A DNA stretch of 64,000 bases from Oceanotoga teriensis (GTDB lineage: Bacteria > Thermotogota > Thermotogae > Petrotogales > Petrotogaceae): positions 95,170 to 159,169 of the forward strand of contig NZ_QGGI01000001.1 of assembly GCF_003148465.1 (NCBI RefSeq), written 5' to 3'. Numbering within the stretch: the stretch's first letter is position 1; each line of letters opens with the position of its first letter. A program made the position numbers and the translations under genes. This document shows positions 1 through 9,807 of this stretch, piece after piece. A model generated the notes under the pieces. It had not been told where the DNA came from. It was given only the letters and a program-made list of their open reading frames with translations, and did no database searches.

Positions 1-556
1 TTATAAAAAAGGTCAAAGCTAAGTATACAGGAATCCATATTTTTATCTTTTTTTCGAGGTTTTTACCATGAAGAGTTGTTTTAGAAATTATTTTAAATAG
101 AACAAATGACATAATAAGGCCTAATACAGGGGCTACTAACCAACTAACTGTTATAGTAAGAACTTTAGACCAATGTACAGCCCCAAAACCACCAGCAGCT
201 ATACCATAACCAACCATTCCACCTACTATTGAATGAGTCGTAGACACAGGCCAAGAGAAAATAGTTGCTGTTACAAGCCATAGAGTTGCTCCTATTAACG
301 CTGCCATAGATCCAATAATTACAATGTTAGGATCTTTTAACAATTCAATATTAACAATACCTTTTCTTATTGTCTCTGTAACTTGACTCCCAAAAAAAGT
401 TGCACCTGCAAATTCTAAAATACCTGCTATAAAAACAGCTTGTTTGGGTGTAATAGCTTTCGCTCCCACTGCAGTAGCCATAGAATTGGCTACATCATTT
501 GCACCTATAGCTAAAGACATTCCAAAACCTATCAACAATCCAAGAACCAGGGTCAC
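1..556 (-). CDS. Inorganic phosphate transporter, Pit family (N-terminal part; gene runs off the window start)
   Basis: Reverse-strand translation from GTG at 556 is open to position 1 and reads VTLVLGLLIGFGMSLAIGANDVANSMATAVGAKAIT...WLVAPVLGLIMSF, the classic PiT/PHO4 signature. It lies directly downstream of a DUF47 gene, the usual pit partner. Confidence 0.6.
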   Translation of the reverse strand, partial: MTLVLGLLIGFGMSLAIGANDVANSMATAVGAKAITPKQAVFIAGILEFAGATFFGSQVTETIRKGIVNIELLKDPNIVIIGSMAALIGATLWLVTATIFSWPVSTTHSIVGGMVGYGIAAGGFGAVHWSKVLTITVSWLVAPVLGLIMSFVLFKIISKTTLHGKNLEKKIKIWIPVYLALTFFI

Positions 557-577
557 ATTCAATTAAAATCACTCCCG

Positions 578-1246
578 TTATCCATTTATTAGAATAAATA
601 TTCTGTCACTAACATTTTGGCATGTATCGGCTATTTCTGATAAAATTAAAATAATTTGTCTTAAGAAAAATATATCAACAGGATTCATATCATTTTTTTG
701 TGAAAAAAGCCATTTCCCAAATTCAAATATTTTACTATCAATATCTTTTTCATACCATTTTATTTCTGTTATATCTTTAAAATGGGCCTCTAATTTTTCT
801 TTTGAAAAATCAGAATCTATAACTTCTTCTAAAAATTTTACAGATTTTTTAAATAAATCTATCATCTTTTCAACTTCTTCAACTATAGAAAAGATTTTAG
901 CCTTTGCTTCTGGAGTAATTTCAACTTCATTTAAAAGCATTAAACGTCCTATATCTTCAAAACTATCAGCTATTTTATCTTGAATTTCTATATAATCTAA
1001 TAGATCTACCCTTTCAAATCTATACATATAGCCTCTTTTTAAGTTTTGGCGTATATTTCTTTTTATTTCATCTGCTTCATCTTCAAGAGAATCTATTACA
1101 TTTACTATATTAGTTATATCTTCATGTTCAAGATACTTTCTAAATAATTCTGGTAAGTAATCAGAAGCATTTTCAATTATTCTTGCATGATTTATTATTT
1201 CTGTTATTGGATTAAATTTTTGAAAAACCTTTCCCCATAAAGACAT
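578..1246 (-). CDS. DUF47 / PhoU-like phosphate transport regulator-related protein
   Basis: 222 aa helical protein, MSLWGKVFQKFNPITEI...; resembles the TIGR00153/DUF47 family that is typically encoded upstream of pit permeases. Confidence 0.55.
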   Translation of the reverse strand: MSLWGKVFQKFNPITEIINHARIIENASDYLPELFRKYLEHEDITNIVNVIDSLEDEADEIKRNIRQNLKRGYMYRFERVDLLDYIEIQDKIADSFEDIGRLMLLNEVEITPEAKAKIFSIVEEVEKMIDLFKKSVKFLEEVIDSDFSKEKLEAHFKDITEIKWYEKDIDSKIFEFGKWLFSQKNDMNPVDIFFLRQIILILSEIADTCQNVSDRIFILING

Positions 1247-1258
1247 TTTTATTCCCCC

Positions 1259-2269
1259 CTATTTTATAAACATTGCATCACCGAAAGAAAAAAATCTATA
1301 ATTTTTTTCTACAGCTTCTTTATATGATTTCATAGTAAATTGATGACCATTAAAAGCACTTACAAGCATTAATAAAGATGACTTAGGAAGATGAAAGTTA
1401 GTTATTAGTCCATCTACAATTTTAAAATTATACGGTGGATATATGTATATATTCGTTTTTCCTGAAAGTTTTTTATTTAATGCATATGATTCTAATGTCC
1501 TCACTACTGTTGTCCCAACAGCTATTATTCTTCCACCATTTTTTTTAGTTTCTTCTATTTTGTTTTTAACATCTTCAGATATAGAATAGTACTCTTCATG
1601 TATTTGATGATTCCTTATGTCCTCTTCATTAACGGGTCTAAACGTTCCAAGTCCAACATGTAAAGTTACTTCTTCAAGGTCTATACCTTTTTTACTTATT
1701 TTATCTAATAATTCTTTTGTAAAATGCAATCCAGCAGTTGGAGCTGCAACAGCTCCTTCAATTTTTGCATAATTAGTTTGATATCTATTATTATCTTCAA
1801 GTTTTTTATGAATATAAGGTGGTAATGGAGTTTCTCCAATTTTATTAATTTCATCCCATATATTTTCACCATAAAATTCTAACAATCTTGCTCCATCATC
1901 ATAATGCTTTATTACTTTAGCTTTTAATTTATTTGAAAATATTAATTCATTTCCTAATTTTATTTTTCCACCAGGTTTTACAAGAGATTTCCATTTATTT
2001 CCTTCTCCAATTTTTTCAAGCAATAATATTTCAATTTTTGCACCAGTTGATTTTTTTCCGTATATTCTTGCAGGTATAACTTTAGTATTGTTCACAATTA
2101 AAAGATCTTTAGGATTTAAATAATCTATTATTTCTCTGAAAATTTTATGTTCAATTGTTTTTTTTTCTCTATCTAAAATCATTAATTTAGAAGAATCTCT
2201 TGGTTCAACTGGATCTTGTGCTATTTGTTCCTGAGGAAGATAATAATCATACTCTTCTATTCTATACAT
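1259..2269 (-). CDS. queA: S-adenosylmethionine:tRNA ribosyltransferase-isomerase
   Basis: 336 aa; motifs YDYYLPQEQIAQDP, LLDKISKKGIDLEEVTLHVGLGTF and FNGHQFTMKSYKEAVEKNYRFFSFGDAMFI typical of QueA. Confidence 0.9.
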   Translation of the reverse strand: MYRIEEYDYYLPQEQIAQDPVEPRDSSKLMILDREKKTIEHKIFREIIDYLNPKDLLIVNNTKVIPARIYGKKSTGAKIEILLLEKIGEGNKWKSLVKPGGKIKLGNELIFSNKLKAKVIKHYDDGARLLEFYGENIWDEINKIGETPLPPYIHKKLEDNNRYQTNYAKIEGAVAAPTAGLHFTKELLDKISKKGIDLEEVTLHVGLGTFRPVNEEDIRNHQIHEEYYSISEDVKNKIEETKKNGGRIIAVGTTVVRTLESYALNKKLSGKTNIYIYPPYNFKIVDGLITNFHLPKSSLLMLVSAFNGHQFTMKSYKEAVEKNYRFFSFGDAMFIK

Positions 2270-3254
2270 CTATAAACCTCCCAATTTCATACAACAGATT
2301 ATTATCAAATTCATATTCCGAAAATTTATCATTAGATACAATATTATATTTTAATTTATTTGATATATATATTATAAGTTCATCTGCCGGTGAATTATAA
2401 TAAACTCTTTTTGAATTACTTAATTCTCTTAAAATATCTCTATCTTCATAATTTAAGATATATTCTATATTTTTATCAAAAACTATTATGCATGGAAAAA
2501 AAGCATATTCATTTATATATAAATTATCAATTAAATCTATTAATGTTTTAATTTTATTATTATTTTCAAATCTTATTATATTACTTCCATCTATAATAAT
2601 TCCTCTTGGATTTGAATTTATAAGTTTATAATGATAATACGAATAACTTTTTAAATGTATATTAATCATTTGTTTTTCATAATTATTTAAACTTTTATAT
2701 ATTTCTTTAATTTTAATATAATATGATTTTTTAGATAATAAAGGGTTTAATCCTAAAATTTCATCAAGAATATTTTGAATAAAAGGACTTTTAGAATCTA
2801 TTGGAAAATATGTCATCAAATAATATAGATCCCTATAATCTTTAAATTTTAATTTTTTTAAAATAATTTTTGAATCATAAAATTCTACATCATATTTTTT
2901 TAAACCTTCATTATATTTACCAGGCGGAAATTTATCTGGATATATTAAAAATTTTATATTCTGTAAGGTTTCATCTTTTAAATTATAATGTTTTTTTATA
3001 TCTTCAAATCTATTTTCGGTTGGTTTTTTTAAAACATGCATCACTAAAAATTGAAAATCATTTAAATGTTTTCTTGGTATTTTTCTTTCCGCATCATTTC
3101 CAAGAACTCTGTATATCCAAAACATTCTTCTATTATCAAGTTCTTTAGGCTTTTTTATATAAAAACTTGCAAGATTAAATATTTTTTTCATTCTTTTTAC
3201 ATGTTCATAATAATCTTTTTCATTCAAAACATTAATTATTCTTTGAATAGACAT
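2262..3254 (-). CDS. Hypothetical protein with C-terminal NYN / Zc3h12a-like ribonuclease domain
   Basis: 330 aa; the C-terminal ~110 aa (GIIIDGSNIIRF...CIIVFDKNIEY...YNSPADELIIYIS...NIVSNDKF) match the NYN/Zc3h12a PIN-like nuclease pattern (hhDGSN..., acidic D, ...SND.F). The N-terminal ~200 aa are not recognised. Confidence 0.45.
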   Translation of the reverse strand: MSIQRIINVLNEKDYYEHVKRMKKIFNLASFYIKKPKELDNRRMFWIYRVLGNDAERKIPRKHLNDFQFLVMHVLKKPTENRFEDIKKHYNLKDETLQNIKFLIYPDKFPPGKYNEGLKKYDVEFYDSKIILKKLKFKDYRDLYYLMTYFPIDSKSPFIQNILDEILGLNPLLSKKSYYIKIKEIYKSLNNYEKQMINIHLKSYSYYHYKLINSNPRGIIIDGSNIIRFENNNKIKTLIDLIDNLYINEYAFFPCIIVFDKNIEYILNYEDRDILRELSNSKRVYYNSPADELIIYISNKLKYNIVSNDKFSEYEFDNNLLYEIGRFIDV

Positions 3255-4333
3255 TAACTATTCGCCCTTATCTCCATTATATTACCATCTTCTACAATTT
3301 CATCTTTTCCAGCAAGCCTACTTAATCCTCGTTTTCTAGCTTCTTCATCATTTCCAGCTACTATTAAATCTTCATATTTGATAACTTCAGCTTTTATAAA
3401 ACCTTTTTCTAAAGCAGAATGTATTGCTCCAGCAGCTTTTTTCATATTAGTCCCTTTTTTTATAGTCCAAGCTCTAACTTCATCTTTACCAACAGTAAAA
3501 TAAGAAATTAAACCTATATGATCATAAACTACCTTTGATAATCTTGATATACCTGGTCTTTCTATATTGAGCTCTTCCATAAACATTTTTCTTTCATCTT
3601 CATTAAGTTCTACAAGATCAGATTCTATTTTTCCAGATATGTCTATATAAGCAAAATTATTGTCTTTACAAGTAGATATTAATTCTTCTTTTTGAGAGTA
3701 ATCATCAGAATCATGTTGATTTTCATCAATATTCACAACAGCTATTATTGGTTTTAAAGTAAATAAAGACAATGAACTTATTAATTTTTTTTCTTCTTCA
3801 TTTAATTCATAGTTACTTGCAAATTTTTCTTCCATTAAAAGATTCTTAATTCCTTCTAAAATTTCATTTTCTTTTATCTCATCTTTAGATGCTTTATTTT
3901 TCTTTATTGAAATTTCAAGTCTTGCCAACCTATTCTCAACAACTTCTATATCTCTTATTATAAGTTCTGCAATTAAAGTATTTAATTGTTTTAATGGAGT
4001 TTCATTATTATCTGGATATGGAACTTCATCATTTTCAAAAGCTCTTATTACAAGTATCATAGAATCAACATTTTGAATCATTTGTAATATTCTACTTTTT
4101 TCTTTTTGATCTGAAGAAGAATCAAAACTTGGTATATCAACAAAATCAAGTTCAGCATACGTAGTTTTTTTGGGTTGATATATTTCTGAAAGTTTTTCTA
4201 TTCTTTCATCTCTTATAAAAGCTCTTTTTTCTTCTGAGTTAACTTTATAAGATCCATCATATGGTGTATCTGTTAATAAAGAAAAAATAGTTGTTTTTCC
4301 ACTCATTGGTAATCCAAAAATTCCTATTTTCAT
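3254..4333 (-). CDS. ychF: Ribosome-binding ATPase YchF (Obg-like GTPase family, with TGS domain)
   Basis: 359 aa; Walker A GLPMSGKTT, and a C-terminal TGS-like segment RAWTIKKGTNMKKAAGAIHSALEKGFIKAEV. Confidence 0.9.
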   Translation of the reverse strand: MKIGIFGLPMSGKTTIFSLLTDTPYDGSYKVNSEEKRAFIRDERIEKLSEIYQPKKTTYAELDFVDIPSFDSSSDQKEKSRILQMIQNVDSMILVIRAFENDEVPYPDNNETPLKQLNTLIAELIIRDIEVVENRLARLEISIKKNKASKDEIKENEILEGIKNLLMEEKFASNYELNEEEKKLISSLSLFTLKPIIAVVNIDENQHDSDDYSQKEELISTCKDNNFAYIDISGKIESDLVELNEDERKMFMEELNIERPGISRLSKVVYDHIGLISYFTVGKDEVRAWTIKKGTNMKKAAGAIHSALEKGFIKAEVIKYEDLIVAGNDEEARKRGLSRLAGKDEIVEDGNIMEIRANS

Positions 4334-4725
4334 ATTAATTCCTCCTGAAATTTCTCATCATATTCATTTCCTATATAATTTATTTCTATATCTCTATATT
4401 TAATATCTTCATTATATTTTATTTTTATTTCTAATCTATTTTTTGGGGTTAAATAATCTAAATATTCAGCCCATTCTATAAGGTAAATACCCTCTTCATC
4501 ATTAAAAAGATCTATATATTCTATTTCATAAGGATCAGCAATCCTGTACAAATCAGCATGATATATTTTGATATCCTCACCATATTCATTCATTATAGAA
4601 AAAGTTGGACTCGAAACATAATCTATTTCTTTTAATATATTTTTTATTAAAAATTGTGAAAATGTTGTTTTACCTGCACCTAATTCTCCAAAAAGCAGAA
4701 TTTTATCGCCCTTTTTTATCTTCAA
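4330..4725 (-). CDS. tsaE: tRNA threonylcarbamoyladenosine biosynthesis protein TsaE
   Basis: 131 aa; P-loop GELGAGKTTF followed by SPTFSIMNEY and HADLYRI, the YjeE/TsaE pattern; overlaps ychF by 4 nt. Confidence 0.8.
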   Translation of the reverse strand: MKIKKGDKILLFGELGAGKTTFSQFLIKNILKEIDYVSSPTFSIMNEYGEDIKIYHADLYRIADPYEIEYIDLFNDEEGIYLIEWAEYLDYLTPKNRLEIKIKYNEDIKYRDIEINYIGNEYDEKFQEELI

Positions 4726-4878
4726 AGAAAGTTTTTTAGCTATATTTTTAAAATCATTTAAATCAACTTTTTTATATATTATTTTTTATACCTCCCTTTA
4801 ATAATCCTTCTATATTTTATCATCATAAATGAATTTATATGTATTTTTTTACTTTTTTTCTTGTAAATATTACATAAC

Positions 4879-4906
4879 AAAAAAAGGATATCTTAATTGA
4901 TATCCT
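4879..4906 (-). terminator. Rho-independent terminator of the 2-hydroxyacid dehydrogenase gene
   Basis: Minus-strand hairpin AGGATATC-ttaatt-GATATCCT followed by a T7 run (A7 on the plus strand at 4879-4885), 6 nt after the stop. Confidence 0.5.
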
Positions 4907-4912
4907 CTTGAT

Positions 4913-5881
4913 TTATACAACTTCATTTATTGGTTTTTTATCAGATAATAAAAGATCTATATCTTTTGCGACCATTAATGACATTTCATTTCTAGTTTCA
5001 ACGGTTGCAGATCCTATATGTGGTGCTAAAACAACATTATTTAATTTTTTCAATCCTTCTGTAAGATTAGGTTCAAATTCATATACATCTAAACCTGCTC
5101 CGCTAATTTCATTATTTTTTAATTTTTCGAATAGAGCTTTTTCATCTATTATTGCACCTCTTGCAGTATTTATTATATAAGAATTTTTTTTCATCATATC
5201 CAATCTTCTTTTGTTTATAATATGATGCGTATCTTCAGTTAAAGGCATATGAAGACTTATAAAATCACATTCTCTCATTATATAATCAATATCTGAATAT
5301 AACACTTCTAAAGATCTTTCTGTATCATCATCAAGTCTTTTTCTTTTATAATAAAATACTTCCATATCAAATCCTTTAGCTCTCTTAGCAAAAGCTCTTC
5401 CAATTCTCCCAAAGCCTATAACTCCTAATTTTTTTCCAACTAAATTACTACCTAAAAATAATTCAGGTTCCCAACCTTTAAATTTTCCTTCTCTAACAAA
5501 TTTATCAGATTCTACTATTCTTCTTGAAATTGACATAAGTAAAGCCCAAGCTAAATCAGCTGTTGCATTTGTTAAAACATCGGGAGTATTTGTAACTTTT
5601 ATTCCCAATTCTTTGGCTGTTTTTACGTCGATATTATTATATCCAACAGCATAATTTGATATTATTTTTACTCTATTTTTTTTAGATCTCAAAATATCAC
5701 TATCTATTTTATCAGATAACAAAGTAACTACAGCATCATTTTCTTCAAAAATATTAATAAGTTCATTTTTTGTGAGTTGTCTATTTTCATTATTTACCCA
5801 AACTTCATATTTATTTTTCAAAAAATTAATTCCTTTTTCTGGTATCCTATAAGTAAATGCTACTTTTTTCAATATTATCAC
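4913..5881 (-). CDS. D-isomer-specific 2-hydroxyacid dehydrogenase (glyoxylate/hydroxypyruvate reductase-like)
   Basis: 322 aa; NAD-binding GVIGFGRIGRAFAKR and a catalytic region with ARGAIID and the HIGSAT motif. Confidence 0.75.
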   Translation of the reverse strand: MIILKKVAFTYRIPEKGINFLKNKYEVWVNNENRQLTKNELINIFEENDAVVTLLSDKIDSDILRSKKNRVKIISNYAVGYNNIDVKTAKELGIKVTNTPDVLTNATADLAWALLMSISRRIVESDKFVREGKFKGWEPELFLGSNLVGKKLGVIGFGRIGRAFAKRAKGFDMEVFYYKRKRLDDDTERSLEVLYSDIDYIMRECDFISLHMPLTEDTHHIINKRRLDMMKKNSYIINTARGAIIDEKALFEKLKNNEISGAGLDVYEFEPNLTEGLKKLNNVVLAPHIGSATVETRNEMSLMVAKDIDLLLSDKKPINEVV

Positions 5882-5962
5882 TCCTCTTTATTTTCTTGAA
5901 ATTCCAATATATAAATAAAAATAGTTTACATAAATATGATAACATAATTCGGAGGGATTTTA

Positions 5963-6816
5963 TGGTACAAAAAAATAAAAAATTTTGGAGTTATTTTATA
6001 ATAACTTTAGGTATATTTGTAAACTCATTTGGTTGGGCAGGTTTCTTAATTCCTTCCAAAATCGTTGGTGGTGGTTTTACAGGGCTTTCAACTATAATAT
6101 ACTATGCAACTAAAATTCCTGTAGGGATATCTATAGCTGTCTTAAATACTATTTTAATAATTATAAGCGTTAAAATAGTTGGAGCTAAATTTGGGTTCAA
6201 AACTTTATATGGAATATTTTTATCTGCTTTTTTTGTATTTTTATTACAAGGTTTTATAAAAGAACCTTTAGTAAAAGACTCTTTTATGGCTACAGTTATT
6301 GGAGGATTTTTATCTGGAGCAGGAGTAGGAATTTATTTTTATGAAGGTGCAAGTACAGGTGGGACAGATCTAATAACAATGATTATAACTCATTATAAAG
6401 ATATATCCCCTGGAAAAGTTTTTTTTATTTTAGATTTAATTATAATTGGAAGTTCTTATATAGTTTTTAGATCTGTTGAAACTATGATATATGGTTTTGT
6501 AACTATGGCAATAGCTGCATATACAATAGACATGATATTAGAAGGAAGAAAGCAAACTTCTCAAATTCTTATCATTTCAGATAAGTATGATGAAGTTTCA
6601 AATAAAATAAGCGAAGAGATTAAAAGAGGTATTACTCTTTTAAAAGCTAAAGGTTGGTATACTAAAAATGAAAAAGAAGTTATACTTGTAATAGTTAGAA
6701 AAAAAGAAGTTCAATGGGTATTAAGAAGTATCCATCAAATAGATCCTGATGCTTTTATATCTATATCAAATTCTTCAAGTGTTTATGGCCAAGGTTTTGA
6801 CAAATTAAAATATTAA
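5963..6816 (+). CDS. YitT family membrane protein (DUF161/DUF2179)
   Basis: The track ORF begins at 5857, but GGAGGG at 5951-5956 followed by ATG 5963 (MVQKNKKFW) is the likelier start. Multi-TM N-terminal half plus a C-terminal DUF2179-like soluble domain. Confidence 0.6.
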
Positions 6817-6829
6817 AGGAGCAAATTAT

Positions 6830-7363
6830 ATGTTAAAATTATTCTTAACCTTTTTCAAAATATCAGCATTAACTATTGGTGGTGGTTATGCTATGGTACC
6901 AGTAATACAAAAAAATCTTGAAAAAAAAGGTTGGATGTCTGATGAAGATTTTTATACACTTCTAACAATAGCTCAAGCATTACCAGGTCCAATAGCTTTT
7001 AACATATCTTGGCTTACTGGGAAAAAATTAAATGGATTTAAAGGAGCTCTTTTTGCAAGTTTAGGGGTTATGATACCACCATTTTTTGCAATAGTTTTAG
7101 CTTCGAGTATAATAATGAAATATCAAGATAATATATATCTACAAAGATTTTTAAGGGGTGCTTATGGAGCTCTTTTGGGAATGATATCAGGATTAGTTTA
7201 TAAATTATATAAAAATCAATCCTGGAATTTATATAAAATTATGTTAATAATATTTTCTTTAATAATTGTTTATATGAAATCAGATTTGATGATCCCTATT
7301 TTCGTAGCAATAGTATTATTTGCTTATATAAAAGAAAATCGTGGTTGTGATAAAAAATGTTAA
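6830..7363 (+). CDS. Chromate transporter ChrA family, half-size subunit 1
   Basis: 177 aa; TIGGGYAMVPVIQ and AQALPGPIAFN chromate-transporter motifs. Confidence 0.65.
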   Translation: MLKLFLTFFKISALTIGGGYAMVPVIQKNLEKKGWMSDEDFYTLLTIAQALPGPIAFNISWLTGKKLNGFKGALFASLGVMIPPFFAIVLASSIIMKYQDNIYLQRFLRGAYGALLGMISGLVYKLYKNQSWNLYKIMLIIFSLIIVYMKSDLMIPIFVAIVLFAYIKENRGCDKKC

Positions 7364-7869
7364 AAATGATAATGATATTCTTTAAAGTTGGTTTTATTTC
7401 ATTTGGTGGTGGATGGTCAGCAGTTGGGATTTTCAGAGAAGAAATAGTTAATAATGGATTATTATCTTTAGAAAAGTTCAATGAAGCTGTTTCAATTGCT
7501 CAAATGACACCAGGACCAGTTGCAGTTAACGTAGCTACTTATGTTGGTTATAGTGCTTATGGATTTATAGGAGGACTTTTAAATACTATTTTTTTAATAT
7601 TGCCACCTATAATATTATTTTACATTGGCTTATTCATATTAAAAAAGATAAATGTAAATAGAAAAAATCTTTTAAACTCTTTAAAATTAGGTACTGTTCT
7701 TTTAATTTCATTTAGCCTTATAAGTCTTACCGAAACTGTATTTTTAAATAAAGAATACAGTACATTTATAATTTCAGCAATTTCTTTTATTTTTTTCATA
7801 TTTACTAAAATAGATCCAATATATATTATATTAGCTTCAGCTTTTTCAGCTATTTTTATTTTAAAATAA
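7357..7869 (+). CDS. Chromate transporter ChrA family, half-size subunit 2
   Basis: 170 aa; FGGGWSAVGIF and AQMTPGPVAVN. Overlaps subunit 1 by 7 nt, the usual split-ChrA pair. Confidence 0.65.
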   Translation: MLKMIMIFFKVGFISFGGGWSAVGIFREEIVNNGLLSLEKFNEAVSIAQMTPGPVAVNVATYVGYSAYGFIGGLLNTIFLILPPIILFYIGLFILKKINVNRKNLLNSLKLGTVLLISFSLISLTETVFLNKEYSTFIISAISFIFFIFTKIDPIYIILASAFSAIFILK

Positions 7870-7875
7870 ACGGAG

Positions 7876-8391
7876 TTGATAAAAATAAAAAGTAAAAAAA
7901 TCTCTTTATATGCTATATTTGTATGTTTAATGATATTATTTTCTTGGATTTATATTCCTTTACCAATGGGTATACCCTTTACTTTTCAAGTATTTGGTGT
8001 ATTATTAATATCTTTTATCCTGAAAAAAAACTCATGGAAAATATTAGGTATATATTTAATACTTGGTATATTAGGTTTGCCTGTTTTTTCTGGTTTTAAT
8101 AGTGGAATAGGTACTTTACTTGGACCAACAGGTGGATTTTTGATTGGATTTTTTATTTCTTCATTTATTTATTTTTTTAATTTTAATAATTTAATTTCTG
8201 GTATATTTCAAATAATAATAATATATATAACTGGAATATATTTTTTTAAAGTTTATAAAGATATAGATATATTTTTAGCAATAAAAATTCTTGTTCCAAC
8301 ATTTATTTGGTTAGATATATTCAAATTAATACTCGCTTTAATAGTTTATAAAATATTTTTAAAATACATGAATAAAGGGATTGATTTATAA
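7876..8391 (+). CDS. bioY: Biotin transporter BioY (ECF transporter S component)
   Basis: 171 aa polytopic membrane protein; PFTFQVFGVLLISF and LLGPTGGFLIGF match BioY signatures. The start codon is uncertain (TTG at 7876 or a downstream ATG). Confidence 0.6.
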   Translation: MIKIKSKKISLYAIFVCLMILFSWIYIPLPMGIPFTFQVFGVLLISFILKKNSWKILGIYLILGILGLPVFSGFNSGIGTLLGPTGGFLIGFFISSFIYFFNFNNLISGIFQIIIIYITGIYFFKVYKDIDIFLAIKILVPTFIWLDIFKLILALIVYKIFLKYMNKGIDL

Positions 8392-8414
8392 TCAATCCCT
8401 TTTTATTTATTTCA

Positions 8415-8792
8415 TTATTTTTTCAAATGTTTTTCTATTTCAAGAACTAATGCCTCTGCTGATGCAACATTAGTAGCAAGAGGTATATTATGAACATCAC
8501 AAATTCTAAGAAACGCTGAAACATCTGGTTCATGTGGTTGAGCTGTAAGAGGATCTCTTAAAAAAATAACAAAATCGATATCTCCAGTAACTAAAAGAGC
8601 ACCTATTTGTAAATCGCCACCAAGAGGACCAGAATTGAATGTTTTAATATCGAGTCCTATTTTTTCTTCTATCAATGTTCCAGTAGTTTTAGTAGCAAAA
8701 AGATTACATTGCCCAAAAACATGTTTCCACTCTTTAACAAACATAACTAAATCTAATTTTTTCTTATCATGAGCTATTAAAGCAACATTCAT
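8415..8792 (-). CDS. mgsA: Methylglyoxal synthase
   Basis: 125 aa; [72 protein letters not shown], diagnostic of MgsA. Confidence 0.85.
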   Translation of the reverse strand: MNVALIAHDKKKLDLVMFVKEWKHVFGQCNLFATKTTGTLIEEKIGLDIKTFNSGPLGGDLQIGALLVTGDIDFVIFLRDPLTAQPHEPDVSAFLRICDVHNIPLATNVASAEALVLEIEKHLKK

Positions 8793-8800
8793 TTTATCAC

Positions 8801-9805
8801 CTATATATCTTTCTTGCTCATAGCAAGAATTAATTTTACAGTATTTTCAACATCTTCATATGAAACAACTTCATGTGGTGTATGTATATATCTTGTAGCT
8901 ATTGATATTGTACTTACTGGAATTCCTGCTTTAGTCTTTTGATATCCAGCTGCATTAGTTCCTCCAAATAACAATACTTCCATTTGATAAGGGATTTTTT
9001 CTTCAATTGCAGTTTCCTTAATAAAATCAACAACTTCTCTATCGCTTATAGAAGCTGAATCTTTTACTTTTATACATGGTCCTCTATCAAGTTCCATAGA
9101 TATTCTTTTAAGACCTTTAGGAGTATCTCCAGCCATAGTTACATCTATTGCAATTGCCATATCTATATCATAGTCATAACCTGCAACACTTGCTCCCACA
9201 AGACCAACCTCTTCTTGTACTGTAAATGCAAATATAATATTGTTTTTATTATCTTTAATACCTTTAATAGCTTGTATCATAATTGCACAAGCTATTCTAT
9301 CATCCATAGCTTTAGAAATCAATCTATTACCAAGATCAACAAAATTCGCATCATATGTACCAAATGTTCCAATAGGAGCTATTTTCTCAGCTTCTTCTCT
9401 GTTAGAAGCACCGATATCTATAAATATACTATCCATACTTAAAGATGTATTATTTTCTCTTAATTCCTTTAGTGTTTCTCCTTCAACTCCAGCAACACCT
9501 GTAACACCATTAAATTGAAGTCTTGTTCCCAATAAAATAGTTGGATTTACTCCACCAACAGCATCAACTTTTAAAAATCCTGTTTCTGTAATATGAGTAA
9601 CAACAAGACCTATTTCATCCATATGTCCATCAAATAATATAGTTTTATCTGATTGACCTTTTTTAATAGCTATTAAATTACCCAACTTGTCTATTTTTAT
9701 ATCATCAACATAATCCTTTATTTCATTAATTATAAATTCTCTCACCTTATCTTCTCTTCCACTTGGAGAATATATTTCTGTTATATTTTTTATTAATTCT
9801 TTCAT
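8801..9805 (-). CDS. M42 family aminopeptidase (FrvX/TET-like), paralog 1
   Basis: 334 aa; EIYSPSGRE...[13 protein letters not shown]...GGV.P; M42 glutamyl-aminopeptidase/cellulase-like fold. Confidence 0.8.
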   Translation of the reverse strand: MKELIKNITEIYSPSGREDKVREFIINEIKDYVDDIKIDKLGNLIAIKKGQSDKTILFDGHMDEIGLVVTHITETGFLKVDAVGGVNPTILLGTRLQFNGVTGVAGVEGETLKELRENNTSLSMDSIFIDIGASNREEAEKIAPIGTFGTYDANFVDLGNRLISKAMDDRIACAIMIQAIKGIKDNKNNIIFAFTVQEEVGLVGASVAGYDYDIDMAIAIDVTMAGDTPKGLKRISMELDRGPCIKVKDSASISDREVVDFIKETAIEEKIPYQMEVLLFGGTNAAGYQKTKAGIPVSTISIATRYIHTPHEVVSYEDVENTVKLILAMSKKDI

Positions 9806-9807
9806 AA

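Noticed and set aside
5857-5962. ORF-track start of the YitT gene overlapping the 2-hydroxyacid dehydrogenase gene by 25 nt on the opposite strand
   Set aside because: The hydrophobic run here is in the antisense of the dehydrogenase 5' end. A GGAGGG RBS followed by ATG 5963 gives a sensible start, so the upstream extension is an artefact of the longest-ORF rule.
9215-9518. Two plus-strand ORFs (75 and 92 aa) inside the M42 peptidase gene
   Set aside because: They are antisense to a well-supported CDS, low-complexity and without an RBS. They are typical AT-rich antisense frames. The same reasoning applies to 10231-10449, 15239-15574, 16086-16316, 17572-17961, 18062-18262, 24010-24219, 25902-26201, 27734-27994, 35340-36174, 37260-37541, 38380-38697, 42049-42270, 43148-43351, 45244-45480, 51994-52430, 54338-54676, 56422-57017, 57695-57976, 58336-58578, 59257-59484 and 60391-60606.
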